This document shows, piece by piece, positions 10,158 through 20,515 of a stretch of DNA of 49,713 nt. Location: the sequence record NC_130088.1. The stretch is one strand, 5' to 3'. Source of the DNA: a phage. Within the stretch, counting starts at the first letter, position 1, and every line of letters starts with the position of its first letter. The notes beneath the pieces are model-generated. The model made no database searches. It worked only from the letters and a program-made list of their open reading frames with translations, and was not told where the DNA came from. Position numbers and translations under genes: made by a program.

Positions 10158-10478
10158 ATGACAATGGCTAAAATGAAATTGACTCTTGCCCCGCTTCCAG
10201 ATTTCAAACTTCCAGTTAAATTTGTATTGCCGGATGGTAACGAGCAAAAAATTGTGTTTACCGTTAAGCATAAAAAGGCCAGCGAGATTCAAGAGCTTTA
10301 CCAGAAAGAAGGTATTAAAGATTCTGAATTCATCATGAATGTTGCCGTGGGTTGGGATCTGGAAGAAGAATTCAACGAAGAAAACGCGCAACTGTTAGTT
10401 GATTATTATCCTGGCGCGGCGCTGGCTCTTATGGGATCTTATTTAAGTGCGCTGGCAGGGCAACGCGTAAAAAACTAA
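10158..10478 (+). CDS. Tail assembly chaperone (lambda G-like)
   Basis: 106 aa acidic protein immediately upstream of tape measure gene. Confidence 0.65.
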   Translation: MTMAKMKLTLAPLPDFKLPVKFVLPDGNEQKIVFTVKHKKASEIQELYQKEGIKDSEFIMNVAVGWDLEEEFNEENAQLLVDYYPGAALALMGSYLSALAGQRVKN

Positions 10479-10795
10479 AAAGGGCGGTTTATCTGTATTA
10501 TCAGAAACCGCCGACAGATGCAGAATTGCAAGCCGTAGGATTAACCCGCGCAGACTATGAAGGAGAAGATCCGCCAGAGGTCATATTTGATGAAAGTATG
10601 ATGCAATCATGGGATATATTTTGCGCGATGGGTACACAGTGGCGTAGTGCTGGCGCTGGTGCTTACGGTTTTGATTATAATGTTTTGCCTATGTTATTCA
10701 GAATCTATAAAATAGACGATGAAGAAATGGCCTTAAATGACTTGCGCATCATGGAACAAAAAGCACTGGAAATGATGCAAGCAAATAACAAATAA
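10158..10795 (+). CDS. Tail assembly chaperone GT-like fusion made by -1 programmed frameshift at A_AAA_AAC (10469-10475)
   Basis: -1 frame is open from before the slippery heptamer through 10795; no independent SD/ATG for the downstream ORF. Confidence 0.5.
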
Positions 10796-10818
10796 AGCGC
10801 CTACGGGCGCTTTTTTTA
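10795..10818 (+). terminator. Hairpin AGCGCC..GGCGCT plus T7
   Basis: Dyad plus T-run. Confidence 0.5.
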
Positions 10819-10832
10819 TGAGGGTAAAATAT

Positions 10833-13742
10833 ATGGCTGAACAATTTGCAGGTTTAACACTTGGCGTGAACGTCGAGCAGTTAAACAAAGCTGTTAAGTC
10901 GTTACAGGACTTTAAAAAAGCCAACGACGAAGCAAAGAAAGGCGTTGAGAGCTTTGTTAACGAGGAAGAAGTTGCAAAGCAAAAGGCTAAACAGTTAGCC
11001 GATGAATTAGCGAAACAGAGCCGTGAATTTAAGAGAATTCAGGATACAGTTGATCCGACAGCGGCAAAAATGCGCAAGCTGTCACAGGCAGCAAGTGATC
11101 TTGATAAGCTATGGCAAAAAGGGATTGTACCTGATGAAACATTCTTCCAATTAGGGAGCATGTTGGAAACTCAGATCAGTAAATTGGAGCGCAACAAAAA
11201 GGCGCTTACGGAAGAAGGCCGCGCAGCGTTGGAAGAATCACGCGCCAAAGAGAAAGCAGCGGCAGCAGGAAAGAGCTTCCTTGCGGATCTAGAATCACAA
11301 GCGGCGGCTCTTGGAAAAACCAAATCTGAATTACTGGAAATGAAAGCGGCGCAACTTGGCGTAAGTGCTCAGGCCGCACCATTCATTGCACAGCTTAAAG
11401 CGCAAGAAAAACAGATGAAGTTAACCGGAATTAGCGCAGGGCAATATAACCAGGCAATGCGAATGCTTCCGGCTCAGATCACTGACGTTGTAACGTCGCT
11501 GGCTTCCGGTATGCCTGTTTGGTTGGTTGCAATCCAGCAGGGTGGACAGATTAAAGATTCTTTCGGCGGTGTTGGTAATACGTTTAAAGCGCTGTTGTCG
11601 TTTCTGAATCCGGTAAACGTTGGCCTTGCCGCATTAGCCGTTTCAATGGGTGCTCTTGTTAAGGCTGGTTATGATGCGTATAAATCGCAACGTGACTTGC
11701 AAGAGGCGTTGGTGCTGACTGGTGGATATGCTGGCACAAGCGGCGCACAGTTCGATAAGCTGGCGCAGGACATTAATAACAGCACTGATGCGACGATAGG
11801 AAACATCCGATCCATCGCAACAGAGCTTGCAAAATCCGGCAAATTCACTATTGATCAGATTAAATCGATCACAAAGACTACCGCTCAGTGGTCAACGGTA
11901 ACGGGTGAATCAAGCGATAAGATTACTGGTTACTTTGATAAGATTGCTGGCGATCCGGTTAAAGGTCTTGCAGAGCTAAACGAGCAATTCAACTTTTTAA
12001 GCGAAGGGCAGTTAACTTATATTGCAGACCTGGAGAAAACGAAAGGAAAAACGGAAGCAGTGACGGCGGCGACAAAGTTATTTGCTGATGTTATGGATCA
12101 GAGATTAGCTAAACTGGCAGACTCCGCAACGCCATTAGAAAAGATGTGGACGAACATTAAAAAATGGGCGTCAGATGCTTGGGGATGGGTTGGAGATCAC
12201 ACGCTGGCGGCGCTTAACCTGATTATCGACGTTGTAGCCGGAACGGTTGAGCAGGTTAGATACTTGCTTAATCAGGGTGATATTCTCATTGGTGAATTTA
12301 TTGTGTCGGCAACTAAGACGATGCAAAAAATACCAGGTCTTGATAATGTTGGCGATTCTGTAATTTCGCAACAACAGAAGATCATTAATAACGCCAAAGA
12401 GAACAACAAGGAGTTATTAAAATCAATTGCCGAACGTAACGAGCGAGTCAAAAAAGGCGAGCAGGGTTACATTGACATGATGAAAAATCGTGCGGCGGTT
12501 GAACAGCAATATGCTACTAAAACAAAGGAGAATGTCAGGAAGGAAGCCGAGGAATTAGCCAAACGCGATAAAAAGCAAAAGGCTGAAAAAGTTAAGGTAT
12601 CGGCTGGCGATAAGCTGGAAGAACAATATCAGCGTGATATCCTGGCGTTAGAAACTCAATTAAGAGTTTTGAAAGAGCATAAGACGATCACTGATACCAT
12701 AAGCCAGCAACGTAAATCTTTATGGGCTGAACAGGCTAAAATTCAGATTCTGCAAGAAGCCTCAACAAAGCGGCAACTTACTGATGAAGAAAAAAGCATT
12801 TTAGCCAACAAAGATAAGATCCTGGCGATGGCTGAACAAAAAGCTATTTTAGGAGATCAGATTGTTGCACAAACGCGACTTAATCAGTTGCAAGATAGCT
12901 CAATCAAGTTTATCCAGCAGCAGAAAGCAGCAACAGAAGCACTAGCCAAAACCAGAGGGTTAAGTGAACGTGAAGCAGCAAGAGCGGCGGAACGTGCAAA
13001 GGTTGAGGCTGATTATCTTGCCAAAGGAGGCAAGGAAGGAGATCCGCAACTCACCGCAATGATGGATGCATTAGACAATCGCTATAAAGAGGAAGATGCT
13101 AAACGTGCTGATTGGTTGGCTGGCGCTAAAAATGCCTTTGCGGAGTACGGCGAGGAAGCAATGAACATGTATGATAATATCGGCAACATTGCGAGCCAGG
13201 CGCTAAACGGCCTATCGCAACAAATGGCTGATTTTTTGACTACTGGACAAGCAAACTTCAAAGACTTTGCAAAATCGATCATTAGCCTTATTGTTCAGAT
13301 GATCACAAAGATGGTTATCTTCAATAGCATTTCCGGCATGATGGGCGGCTCAACCTGGACGCTTGGAAGCCTTTTAAGCGGTGCTGGTTTTGCTGGCGGC
13401 GGTTATACTGGCGACGGTGGCAAATATGATCCGGCTGGCGTTGTTCATAAGGGTGAGTTTGTTTTCACCAAAGAGGCAACGCAAAGAATCGGAGCTAAAA
13501 ACCTGTATCGCATGATGCGAGGTTATGCAAACGGCGGTCAAGTAGGAAGCGTGACAACTGGCGGCGCTGGCATCAATCGCGGTGCATCGCAATTTGCATT
13601 TGGTGATATCAACGTTAACATTGACAACGGTCAAGATCCAAAAGGGATGGAAACTGGTATCAAGATGATTTTCACTGAAATGATTCAACGGTCATGCTCG
13701 CAAGGTGGCGAGGTTTATAATTTTGTTCATGGGAGGGCTTAA
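10833..13742 (+). CDS. Tail tape measure protein
   Basis: About 970 aa, long coiled-coil Ala/Lys/Glu/Gln-rich, Gly-rich C-terminus, position after G/GT. Confidence 0.85.
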   Translation: MAEQFAGLTLGVNVEQLNKAVKSLQDFKKANDEAKKGVESFVNEEEVAKQKAKQLADELAKQSREFKRIQDTVDPTAAKMRKLSQAASDLDKLWQKGIVPDETFFQLGSMLETQISKLERNKKALTEEGRAALEESRAKEKAAAAGKSFLADLESQAAALGKTKSELLEMKAAQLGVSAQAAPFIAQLKAQEKQMKLTGISAGQYNQAMRMLPAQITDVVTSLASGMPVWLVAIQQGGQIKDSFGGVGNTFKALLSFLNPVNVGLAALAVSMGALVKAGYDAYKSQRDLQEALVLTGGYAGTSGAQFDKLAQDINNSTDATIGNIRSIATELAKSGKFTIDQIKSITKTTAQWSTVTGESSDKITGYFDKIAGDPVKGLAELNEQFNFLSEGQLTYIADLEKTKGKTEAVTAATKLFADVMDQRLAKLADSATPLEKMWTNIKKWASDAWGWVGDHTLAALNLIIDVVAGTVEQVRYLLNQGDILIGEFIVSATKTMQKIPGLDNVGDSVISQQQKIINNAKENNKELLKSIAERNERVKKGEQGYIDMMKNRAAVEQQYATKTKENVRKEAEELAKRDKKQKAEKVKVSAGDKLEEQYQRDILALETQLRVLKEHKTITDTISQQRKSLWAEQAKIQILQEASTKRQLTDEEKSILANKDKILAMAEQKAILGDQIVAQTRLNQLQDSSIKFIQQQKAATEALAKTRGLSEREAARAAERAKVEADYLAKGGKEGDPQLTAMMDALDNRYKEEDAKRADWLAGAKNAFAEYGEEAMNMYDNIGNIASQALNGLSQQMADFLTTGQANFKDFAKSIISLIVQMITKMVIFNSISGMMGGSTWTLGSLLSGAGFAGGGYTGDGGKYDPAGVVHKGEFVFTKEATQRIGAKNLYRMMRGYANGGQVGSVTTGGAGINRGASQFAFGDINVNIDNGQDPKGMETGIKMIFTEMIQRSCSQGGEVYNFVHGRA

Positions 13743-14089
13743 TGTTAGATGAATTTACCTGGTGTACGCAGATTCAGAGCGGCGGCGGTGTAATGACAAC
13801 TACCAATAACGACAGGGAAGTTGTTTTTGGTAACGGCTATCGCCAAAAGGCATCTTCTGGATTTAACACGGAAAGGAGGGAGTTTTCTATTGTATATGTT
13901 GGCAATGATTATAAGGCTGTTAAAGCATTTATGACGGATCACAGGTTAAAGCCTTTCTTGTGGAAAACTCCAGACGGTAGTTTTGGGTTGTTTACCGTAA
14001 AAGCCGGAACGGTTGGACTAACACCAATTAGCCGAACCGCTCAGGAAGTCAAAGCAACTTTTACGGAAGAATTTACATCAATGCGATAA
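13742..14089 (+). CDS. Minor tail protein M (lambda gpM-like)
   Basis: 115 aa; blocks FGNGYRQ, FLWKTPDG and TFTEEF resemble lambda M as recalled from memory. Confidence 0.75.
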   Translation: MLDEFTWCTQIQSGGGVMTTTNNDREVVFGNGYRQKASSGFNTERREFSIVYVGNDYKAVKAFMTDHRLKPFLWKTPDGSFGLFTVKAGTVGLTPISRTAQEVKATFTEEFTSMR

Positions 14090-14093
14090 ATCA

Positions 14094-14117
14094 AAGCCGC
14101 CTTGTGCGGCTTTTTTA
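14094..14117 (+). terminator. Terminator hairpin GCCGCC..GCGGC plus T6 with embedded TTGTGC -35 and TATAAT 17 bp downstream
   Basis: Dyad plus T-run; TTGTGC-17-TATAAT. Confidence 0.5.
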
Positions 14118-14155
14118 TTGTGTCTATAATGGTGCTTTATTGGAGGGCATAAAAT

Positions 14156-14914
14156 ATGGCTGAAAAACAGATCAAAAAGACTTTTGAAAATTGTCTGCAA
14201 TCGCTTTTTCCTGGTGAGATTATTACTCTTATCGAGGTTGACGGCACGAAATTTGGTGCTCAGGTTTACCGATTTCACGCTGAAAATATCGCATACACGC
14301 CAGAGGAATTAATGCAAGCGCGTGAAACTGGAATATTGCCTCCGAAAGATATTAAGTTTCGCGGTGAAATTTACGGGGCGCGGCCTTTTGGCATCACAGG
14401 GATCGGATTTACCAGTAACGGGAAAGCAGAAAAACCACAATTAGCGCTTTCTAATTTAGATAGCCGTGTATCCGCTTTAATCAGATCCTATAATGGCATG
14501 ATGCAAGCAAAGGTTACAATATGGGTTACATCGGCTGATTTAATTGATGATGAAGGTAATGTGGAGGACGGCGCATATAGAAAGTTGGTTTATTATATTG
14601 AGCGTCCGAATTTTGTTAATCAGACAGTTGCACGTTTTGAATTAACATCACCTTATGATATGGATGGAATTATGATCCCGCCACGACTTACGCAAAGCGT
14701 TTGTTATTGGGCGCAACGTGGATGGTATAGAAGCGGTAAAGGTTGCGGATATAACGGATCTGCAATGTTCGATAAAGATAATAATCCTGTAACAGATCCG
14801 AGTAAGGATTATTGCGCCGGAACGGTAACAGCTTGCAAATTGCGTTTTGGTCCTGAAAATGAATTAGATTTCGGCGGAGCGGCTGTTGCTTCACTGTTGA
14901 GGAAAAACCAATGA
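14156..14914 (+). CDS. Minor tail protein L (lambda gpL-like)
   Basis: 252 aa, C-terminal cysteine cluster as in Fe-S containing L proteins; synteny. Confidence 0.75.
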   Translation: MAEKQIKKTFENCLQSLFPGEIITLIEVDGTKFGAQVYRFHAENIAYTPEELMQARETGILPPKDIKFRGEIYGARPFGITGIGFTSNGKAEKPQLALSNLDSRVSALIRSYNGMMQAKVTIWVTSADLIDDEGNVEDGAYRKLVYYIERPNFVNQTVARFELTSPYDMDGIMIPPRLTQSVCYWAQRGWYRSGKGCGYNGSAMFDKDNNPVTDPSKDYCAGTVTACKLRFGPENELDFGGAAVASLLRKNQ

Positions 14915-15633
14915 TTAATGCAAAAATTAAACTTGAAATTATGCGACACGCTAATGATGTTTATCCTAATGAATGTTGCGGCCTGGTAACTCAAAAATCA
15001 CGCGTCCAGAAATATCACCGGATCGATAACGTAAGCAAAGAGCCGGAAAAGCATTTTGAAATGGACGCGACACAATACGCAGAGGTTGAGGATAGCGGCG
15101 CGGATATTATCGCCATAGTTCACAGCCACACAGGGGAAGGGGCAACAACAATCCCTAGCGCACACGATTTGTGCATGTGTGATGAAACTGGTGTTTCTTG
15201 GGTTATCGTTTCGATACCAGAAGGAGACATGAGAATCATAGAGCCACAATCACGGCCTTTGATTGGTCGCCCCTGGTCGCTTGGTGCTTATGATTGTTGG
15301 GGTCTTATTATGGCATGGCATAAAGAGCAAGGCGTGATCCTGAATGATTTCCGCAAGCAGTATGAATGGTGGAAGCCGGAACATGGCGAAAACCTTTATC
15401 AAGATAATTACTTGAAAGAAGGTTTTATAGAAACAGGTGAACCGCCAAAGCCAGGTGATATGATCATAATGCAGTTGCAAGCGCCAGTATGGAACCACGC
15501 CGGAATTTATTTAGGCAACAATCAACTATTGCATCATGCATTCGGCAAGTTGTCGCGAGTTGATTTATATTCTGGATGGTATCAGGAACACACAACAATG
15601 ATTTGCAGACATAAGGATCTGAAAAATGAATAA
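14911..15633 (+). CDS. Tail assembly protein K (MPN/JAMM plus NlpC/P60-like)
   Basis: HSHT..H..D metal motif and Cys/His peptidase-like C-terminal half; ATGA overlap with L. Confidence 0.75.
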   Translation: MINAKIKLEIMRHANDVYPNECCGLVTQKSRVQKYHRIDNVSKEPEKHFEMDATQYAEVEDSGADIIAIVHSHTGEGATTIPSAHDLCMCDETGVSWVIVSIPEGDMRIIEPQSRPLIGRPWSLGAYDCWGLIMAWHKEQGVILNDFRKQYEWWKPEHGENLYQDNYLKEGFIETGEPPKPGDMIIMQLQAPVWNHAGIYLGNNQLLHHAFGKLSRVDLYSGWYQEHTTMICRHKDLKNE

Positions 15634-16225
15634 GGTTATCAACGTAAAATTATCAGGCTCATTAGGTCGCCGCTTTGGTGTTTTCCATAAATACGCCGTT
15701 GAGAGTTGGCCTGAATGCGTAAGGGCATTATCAAGCCAGGTTGAAGGATTCAAAGAATTTATGCAAAGTGAAATCGGATCAAAGATGAAATTTGCAATTT
15801 TCGTTGATGGTAAAAATGTTGGTCTGAATAATGATAGCGCATGGCGTTGCGCTCGCGAGGTTCGAATTGTTCCGGTTCCAACAGGTTCAAAAAGCGGCGG
15901 TTTATTTCAGGTTGTTTTGGGTGCTGTTATTATGGTTACTGCGTTTTTCACTGGTGGTGCATCGCTGGCGGCTATGGGTGCTTTTTCATCGGCTGCATTT
16001 ATGATGGGTGGCGCAATGGCTCTTGGCGGAGTAATGCAGATGATTAGCCCACAACAAGGAGGAATGAGAATGGAGAGCCAAAGCGCAGCAAATAAACCAT
16101 CATATGCGTTTGGTGGTGCTGTTAATACTACGGCGGCAGGTTATCCGGTTCCGTTGCCTTATGGTTATAGAACTGTTGGAGGCGCTATATTCAGTGCTGG
16201 CTCATACGCAGAAGATAAACTTTAA
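15626..16225 (+). CDS. Tail assembly protein I (lambda gpI-like)
   Basis: 199 aa, Gly/Ala-rich hydrophobic C-terminal half, overlaps K. Confidence 0.65.
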   Translation: MNKVINVKLSGSLGRRFGVFHKYAVESWPECVRALSSQVEGFKEFMQSEIGSKMKFAIFVDGKNVGLNNDSAWRCAREVRIVPVPTGSKSGGLFQVVLGAVIMVTAFFTGGASLAAMGAFSSAAFMMGGAMALGGVMQMISPQQGGMRMESQSAANKPSYAFGGAVNTTAAGYPVPLPYGYRTVGGAIFSAGSYAEDKL

Positions 16226-16232
16226 TTATATA

Positions 16233-16257
16233 AACCCGCCGTTGCGCGGGTTTTTTG
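16233..16257 (+). terminator. Terminator hairpin with embedded TTGCGC -35 and TACAAT 17 bp downstream
   Basis: CCCGCC..GCGGG plus T6; TTGCGC-17-TACAAT. Confidence 0.55.
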
Positions 16258-16306
16258 TTACATGTACAATGGCAGCACGTTTAAATAGCACAAAAGGTTA
16301 AAAGCT

Positions 16307-19300
16307 ATGATCAAAAATATGATAACTGGCAGTAAGGGCGGTTCTTCAAAGCCTCATACACCTGTTGAAATGGAAGATAACCTAATTTCAATTAACAGGA
16401 TCAGAATTCTTTTAGCTGTTTCTGATGGTGAAGTTGATCCAGACTTTTCATTGAAAGATTTATATTTTGATGACGTTCCGGTTATGAATCATGATGGTTC
16501 ACTAAACTTTCAGAATGTTAAGGCAGAATTCAGACCAGGGACGCAAACGCAGGATTATATTCAGGGGTTTACTGATACAGCCAGCGAAATTACAGTTGCT
16601 CGCGATCTGACAGCCGCAACGCCTTATATTATTTCCGTGACTAATAAAAACCTTTCCGCGATCCGTATTAAAATTTTAATGCCGCGAGGGTTTACGCAGG
16701 AGGATAACGGAGATTTAACAGGCGTTCGCGTTGAATATGCAGTTGATATGGCTATTGATGGCGCTGAATATAACGAGGTTTTGCATGATGTGATCGAAGG
16801 TAAAACAATGAGCGGTTACGACAGAAGCCGCAGAATTGATTTACCTGCTTTCAATGAGCGTGTTTTATTGCGCGTTCGTCGCCTGACAGACAGCACGTCA
16901 GCGAGAGTTACCGATCTGATTAAAATGCAAAGCTATGCGGAAGTTGTAGACGCTAAATTTCGTTACCCATTGACTGGTTTAGTATATGTTGAGTTTGACA
17001 GCGAATTATTCCCTAATGCGTTGCCGAATATCAGCATTAAGAAAAAATGGAAAATCATTAATGTTCCGTCAAATTATGATCCTATTTCCCGCACTTATTC
17101 AGGGTCATGGGATGGAACATGGAAAAAGGCATGGAGTAATAACCCTGCTTTTGTTCTGTATGATTTGATTACCAATCAGCGTTACGGACTCGATCAAAGA
17201 GAATTAGGCATCGCGCTTGATAAATGGAGCATTTACGAATGTGCGCAGTATTGCGATCAGATGGTTCCAGACGGTAAAGGCGGAACAGAGCCGCGCTATC
17301 TTTGCGACGTTGTGATCCAGAGCCAGGTAGAAGCGTATCAGCTTGTGCGTGATATTTGTTCAATCTTCCGTGGAATGAGCTTTTGGAATGGTGAGAGCCT
17401 TTCAATCGTGATCGATAAGCCTCGCGATGCGTCATACATCTTTACTAATGACAACGTGGTTAACGGCGATTTCAGCTACACGTTTGCCAGCGAGAAAAGC
17501 ATGTACACGCAATGCAACGTGACTTTCGACGACGAACAAAACATGTATCAACAGGACGTTGAGGGTGTTTTTGAAACAGAGGCAGCGTTACGTTTTGGAT
17601 ATAACAGTACGTCAATAACTGCTATCGGTTGCACACGACGCAGCGAAGCCAACCGCCGTGGACGCTGGATTTTAAAAACCAACGTCAAGAGCACAACAGT
17701 AAACTTTGCTACTGGCCTGGAAGGTATGATCCCAACGGTAGGCGATGTAATTGTTGTTTCGGATAACTTCTGGTCAAGCGCTTTGACGCTGAATCTATCA
17801 GGTCGATTGATGGAGGTTAACGGGTTGCAGGTGTTCACGCCGTTTAAGGTTGACGCAAGAGCAGGTGATCGCATTCTGGTAAATAAGCCGGATGGTAAGC
17901 CAGTTGGTCGAACCATTGCGCGTGTGAGTGATGACGGTAAAACGCTAACGCTAAACACGACATTTGGCTTTGACGTTCAGCCGGATACCATTTTTGCAAT
18001 TGAGCGAACAGATATTGCACAGCAACGATATGTTGTAACCGGAATCACTAAGGGTGACGGTGATGAAGAATTTACCTACAACATAACGGCTGTTGAATAC
18101 GATCCTAACAAATACGATGAAATTGATTATGGCGTAAACATTGATGACCGTCCGACTTCAATCGTGCAGCCTGACATTTTGCCAGCACCGCAAAACGTCA
18201 AGATCGAATCTTATTCGCGAGTTGTTCAGGGTGCGAGCGTGGAAACAATGCACGTTTCATGGGATAAGGTTGAATATGCAAGCCTTTATGAAATGCAGTG
18301 GAGAAAAGACAATGGCAACTGGAACAACACGCCGCGCACAGCCAACAAGGAAACGGAAGTTGAAGGTATTTACGCAGGAAACTATCACGTAAGGGTTAGA
18401 TCTGTTGCAGCTAATGGTTCAGCGTCTGGATGGTCAGCAATTGTTAGCGCCGGATTAACTGGCAAAGTTGGCGAGCCAGAAAAGCCGATTAACCTTACAG
18501 CGTCTGACAATGAGGTTTTCGGCATTCGCGTAAAATGGGGTATGCCGGAGGGTTCTGGTGATACAGCTTACATAGAGTTGCATCAAGCGCCGAACGGTGC
18601 TGATGGTCATCCTATTGTTGATGAAGCAACGCTCTTAACGCTGATACCGTTCCCGCAATATGAGTATTGGCATTCAATACTGCCAGCGGGTCATGTTGTC
18701 TGGTACAAGGCAAGGGCAGTTGACAAAATCGGGAATGTGTCTGATTGGACTGACTTTGTGCGCGGCATGGCTTCCGACGATACGAGCATTATCACGGATC
18801 ATATTAAGGTCGATATTGAAAATTCTGATGGATATAAGTGGTTACAGGAAAACGCAATAAAGGCCAATGATAAGATCCACAGCACAGCGGAATCAGTGAT
18901 TGAAAACGCATTAGCGAATGATAAAGATGTGCGACGTATGCGAGTTGAAAACGGCAAGCGTAAAGCGGAGTTCTTGCAATCGCTGAAACTCATTGCAGAC
19001 GAAACAGAAGCAAGGGTAACGCAGGTCACTCAAATGAGTGCGCAATTTGACGAGAAATTAACGGCTCAAAATAGCGAATTGAGAGAGGTAATTGCTAACA
19101 GCACTGAAACCATTAGCCAAAGGATTGATCAGCTTACAGCTACGTTTGAGAGCGAAATTGATGGTGTTAAGCAGGATATCAAAGCACAGATAACTGATGT
19201 TAACCAGGCAATCACCAATGAAGCGGAAGCGCGAGCGTCAGCGGATAGGGCGTTATCAACTCAAATTGGTGATACCCAATCAGCGGTTAACCAGAAACTT

Positions 19301-20083
19301 GATTCATGGGTTAACGGTACAAGCGTTGGTGCGATGTACGGCGTTAAGTTGGGGATCAGGTATAACGGGCAGGAATATAGCGCAGGCATGGCGCTTTCTC
19401 TTGTCGCTGATGGTGGAGGAGTTAAATCACAATTCCTGTTTGATGCTGGACGATTCGCGATCATCAACAATGCTCAAAGCGGAGCCTTTACATTGCCGTT
19501 TGTAGTTGAGAATAACCAGGTGTTTATCAATAGCTTGCTTGTGAAAAACGGCTCTATTGGAAATGCTCAGATTGCGGATCAGATTAACTCTAACAACTGG
19601 CAGAGCGGCGCGGCTGGATGGATGATTAATAAGAATGGTTATGCTGAATTTAACCAGATAACGGTAAGGGGTACGGTGTACGCAAACGCCGGATCATTCA
19701 CTGGTAACGTTTACGCTACAGATGGTTGGTTTAGGGGTACTGTTTACGCTGAAAAAATTGAGGGTGACGTTGCAAAGGCTGTTGTTCTTCCGTTTAACGG
19801 ATCGGTTCACATTCCGGCGGTTAACTACAACAGACATCTTGTGATCCCTTATGTTGGTATTCATGGGTACACATATTCAGGTGGTACATGGGGCGGCGGT
19901 ACTGTTTGGGTTGATTCAACATATGGCGGTCGCCTTGCTAACGTTCAGGCAACTGCAATGCATGGCGGATCAAGTGGTTATGTTCTGTTGCCAGCAGGTA
20001 ACGCAACTACGCTTTCATATGGTGGAAATCTAAACCACGCAAACGCAGTACCGATCTTAACAGTTCTGCTATTCAAAGCATAA
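16307..20083 (+). CDS. Tail tip / host specificity protein J-like central fibre
   Basis: 1258 aa directly after M-L-K-I; Gly-rich C-terminal receptor-binding-like region. Confidence 0.85.
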   Translation: MIKNMITGSKGGSSKPHTPVEMEDNLISINRIRILLAVSDGEVDPDFSLKDLYFDDVPVMNHDGSLNFQNVKAEFRPGTQTQDYIQGFTDTASEITVARDLTAATPYIISVTNKNLSAIRIKILMPRGFTQEDNGDLTGVRVEYAVDMAIDGAEYNEVLHDVIEGKTMSGYDRSRRIDLPAFNERVLLRVRRLTDSTSARVTDLIKMQSYAEVVDAKFRYPLTGLVYVEFDSELFPNALPNISIKKKWKIINVPSNYDPISRTYSGSWDGTWKKAWSNNPAFVLYDLITNQRYGLDQRELGIALDKWSIYECAQYCDQMVPDGKGGTEPRYLCDVVIQSQVEAYQLVRDICSIFRGMSFWNGESLSIVIDKPRDASYIFTNDNVVNGDFSYTFASEKSMYTQCNVTFDDEQNMYQQDVEGVFETEAALRFGYNSTSITAIGCTRRSEANRRGRWILKTNVKSTTVNFATGLEGMIPTVGDVIVVSDNFWSSALTLNLSGRLMEVNGLQVFTPFKVDARAGDRILVNKPDGKPVGRTIARVSDDGKTLTLNTTFGFDVQPDTIFAIERTDIAQQRYVVTGITKGDGDEEFTYNITAVEYDPNKYDEIDYGVNIDDRPTSIVQPDILPAPQNVKIESYSRVVQGASVETMHVSWDKVEYASLYEMQWRKDNGNWNNTPRTANKETEVEGIYAGNYHVRVRSVAANGSASGWSAIVSAGLTGKVGEPEKPINLTASDNEVFGIRVKWGMPEGSGDTAYIELHQAPNGADGHPIVDEATLLTLIPFPQYEYWHSILPAGHVVWYKARAVDKIGNVSDWTDFVRGMASDDTSIITDHIKVDIENSDGYKWLQENAIKANDKIHSTAESVIENALANDKDVRRMRVENGKRKAEFLQSLKLIADETEARVTQVTQMSAQFDEKLTAQNSELREVIANSTETISQRIDQLTATFESEIDGVKQDIKAQITDVNQAITNEAEARASADRALSTQIGDTQSAVNQKLDSWVNGTSVGAMYGVKLGIRYNGQEYSAGMALSLVADGGGVKSQFLFDAGRFAIINNAQSGAFTLPFVVENNQVFINSLLVKNGSIGNAQIADQINSNNWQSGAAGWMINKNGYAEFNQITVRGTVYANAGSFTGNVYATDGWFRGTVYAEKIEGDVAKAVVLPFNGSVHIPAVNYNRHLVIPYVGIHGYTYSGGTWGGGTVWVDSTYGGRLANVQATAMHGGSSGYVLLPAGNATTLSYGGNLNHANAVPILTVLLFKA

Positions 20084-20096
20084 AAGGAGGTAAATC

Positions 20097-20135
20097 AATG
20101 CCCTGGCTTAACGGTCGGGGCATTTGTTTTCTTTT
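20097..20135 (+). terminator. Putative terminator after J (stem AATGCCC/GGGCATT plus T-rich tail)
   Basis: 7-bp stem, 14-nt loop, TGTTTTCTTTTG tail. Confidence 0.35.
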
Positions 20136-20487
20136 GTTCCATGATGTTCACAACTTAATCCGGCGTAAAATTGAAAACGTCTTGATAACAAAAAGAACAA
20201 ATGAAATATCTATATAATAACATACACTTAGAGTTTAATTATTATTATATATATCTATTTGTATTCTTCTTGTTTCTATTGTTCTCTATGGTTTGTGGTT
20301 GTTGTGTGTTTTGTATTGGTTGATGGTTATATATCACATGGTATGTATTTATATATGGTATGCGGCGTAAATGCGTGAACAATGTAACACAAAAACAACA
20401 ATCAGTAAAATCATAAACTTACGATGTGATTTTGTTGTCAGTGCCTACTTTGAACGTATGCAAAACAAAAAGAACACATAAAACATA

Positions 20488-20515
20488 TTGACTACATGAA
20501 ACATTCGCATATAAT
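20488..20515 (+). promoter_or_regulatory. Near-consensus sigma70 promoter TTGACT-16-TATAAT (early promoter A)
   Basis: Hexamers read directly; A-rich UP-like tract upstream; precedes the exonuclease gene. Confidence 0.7.
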
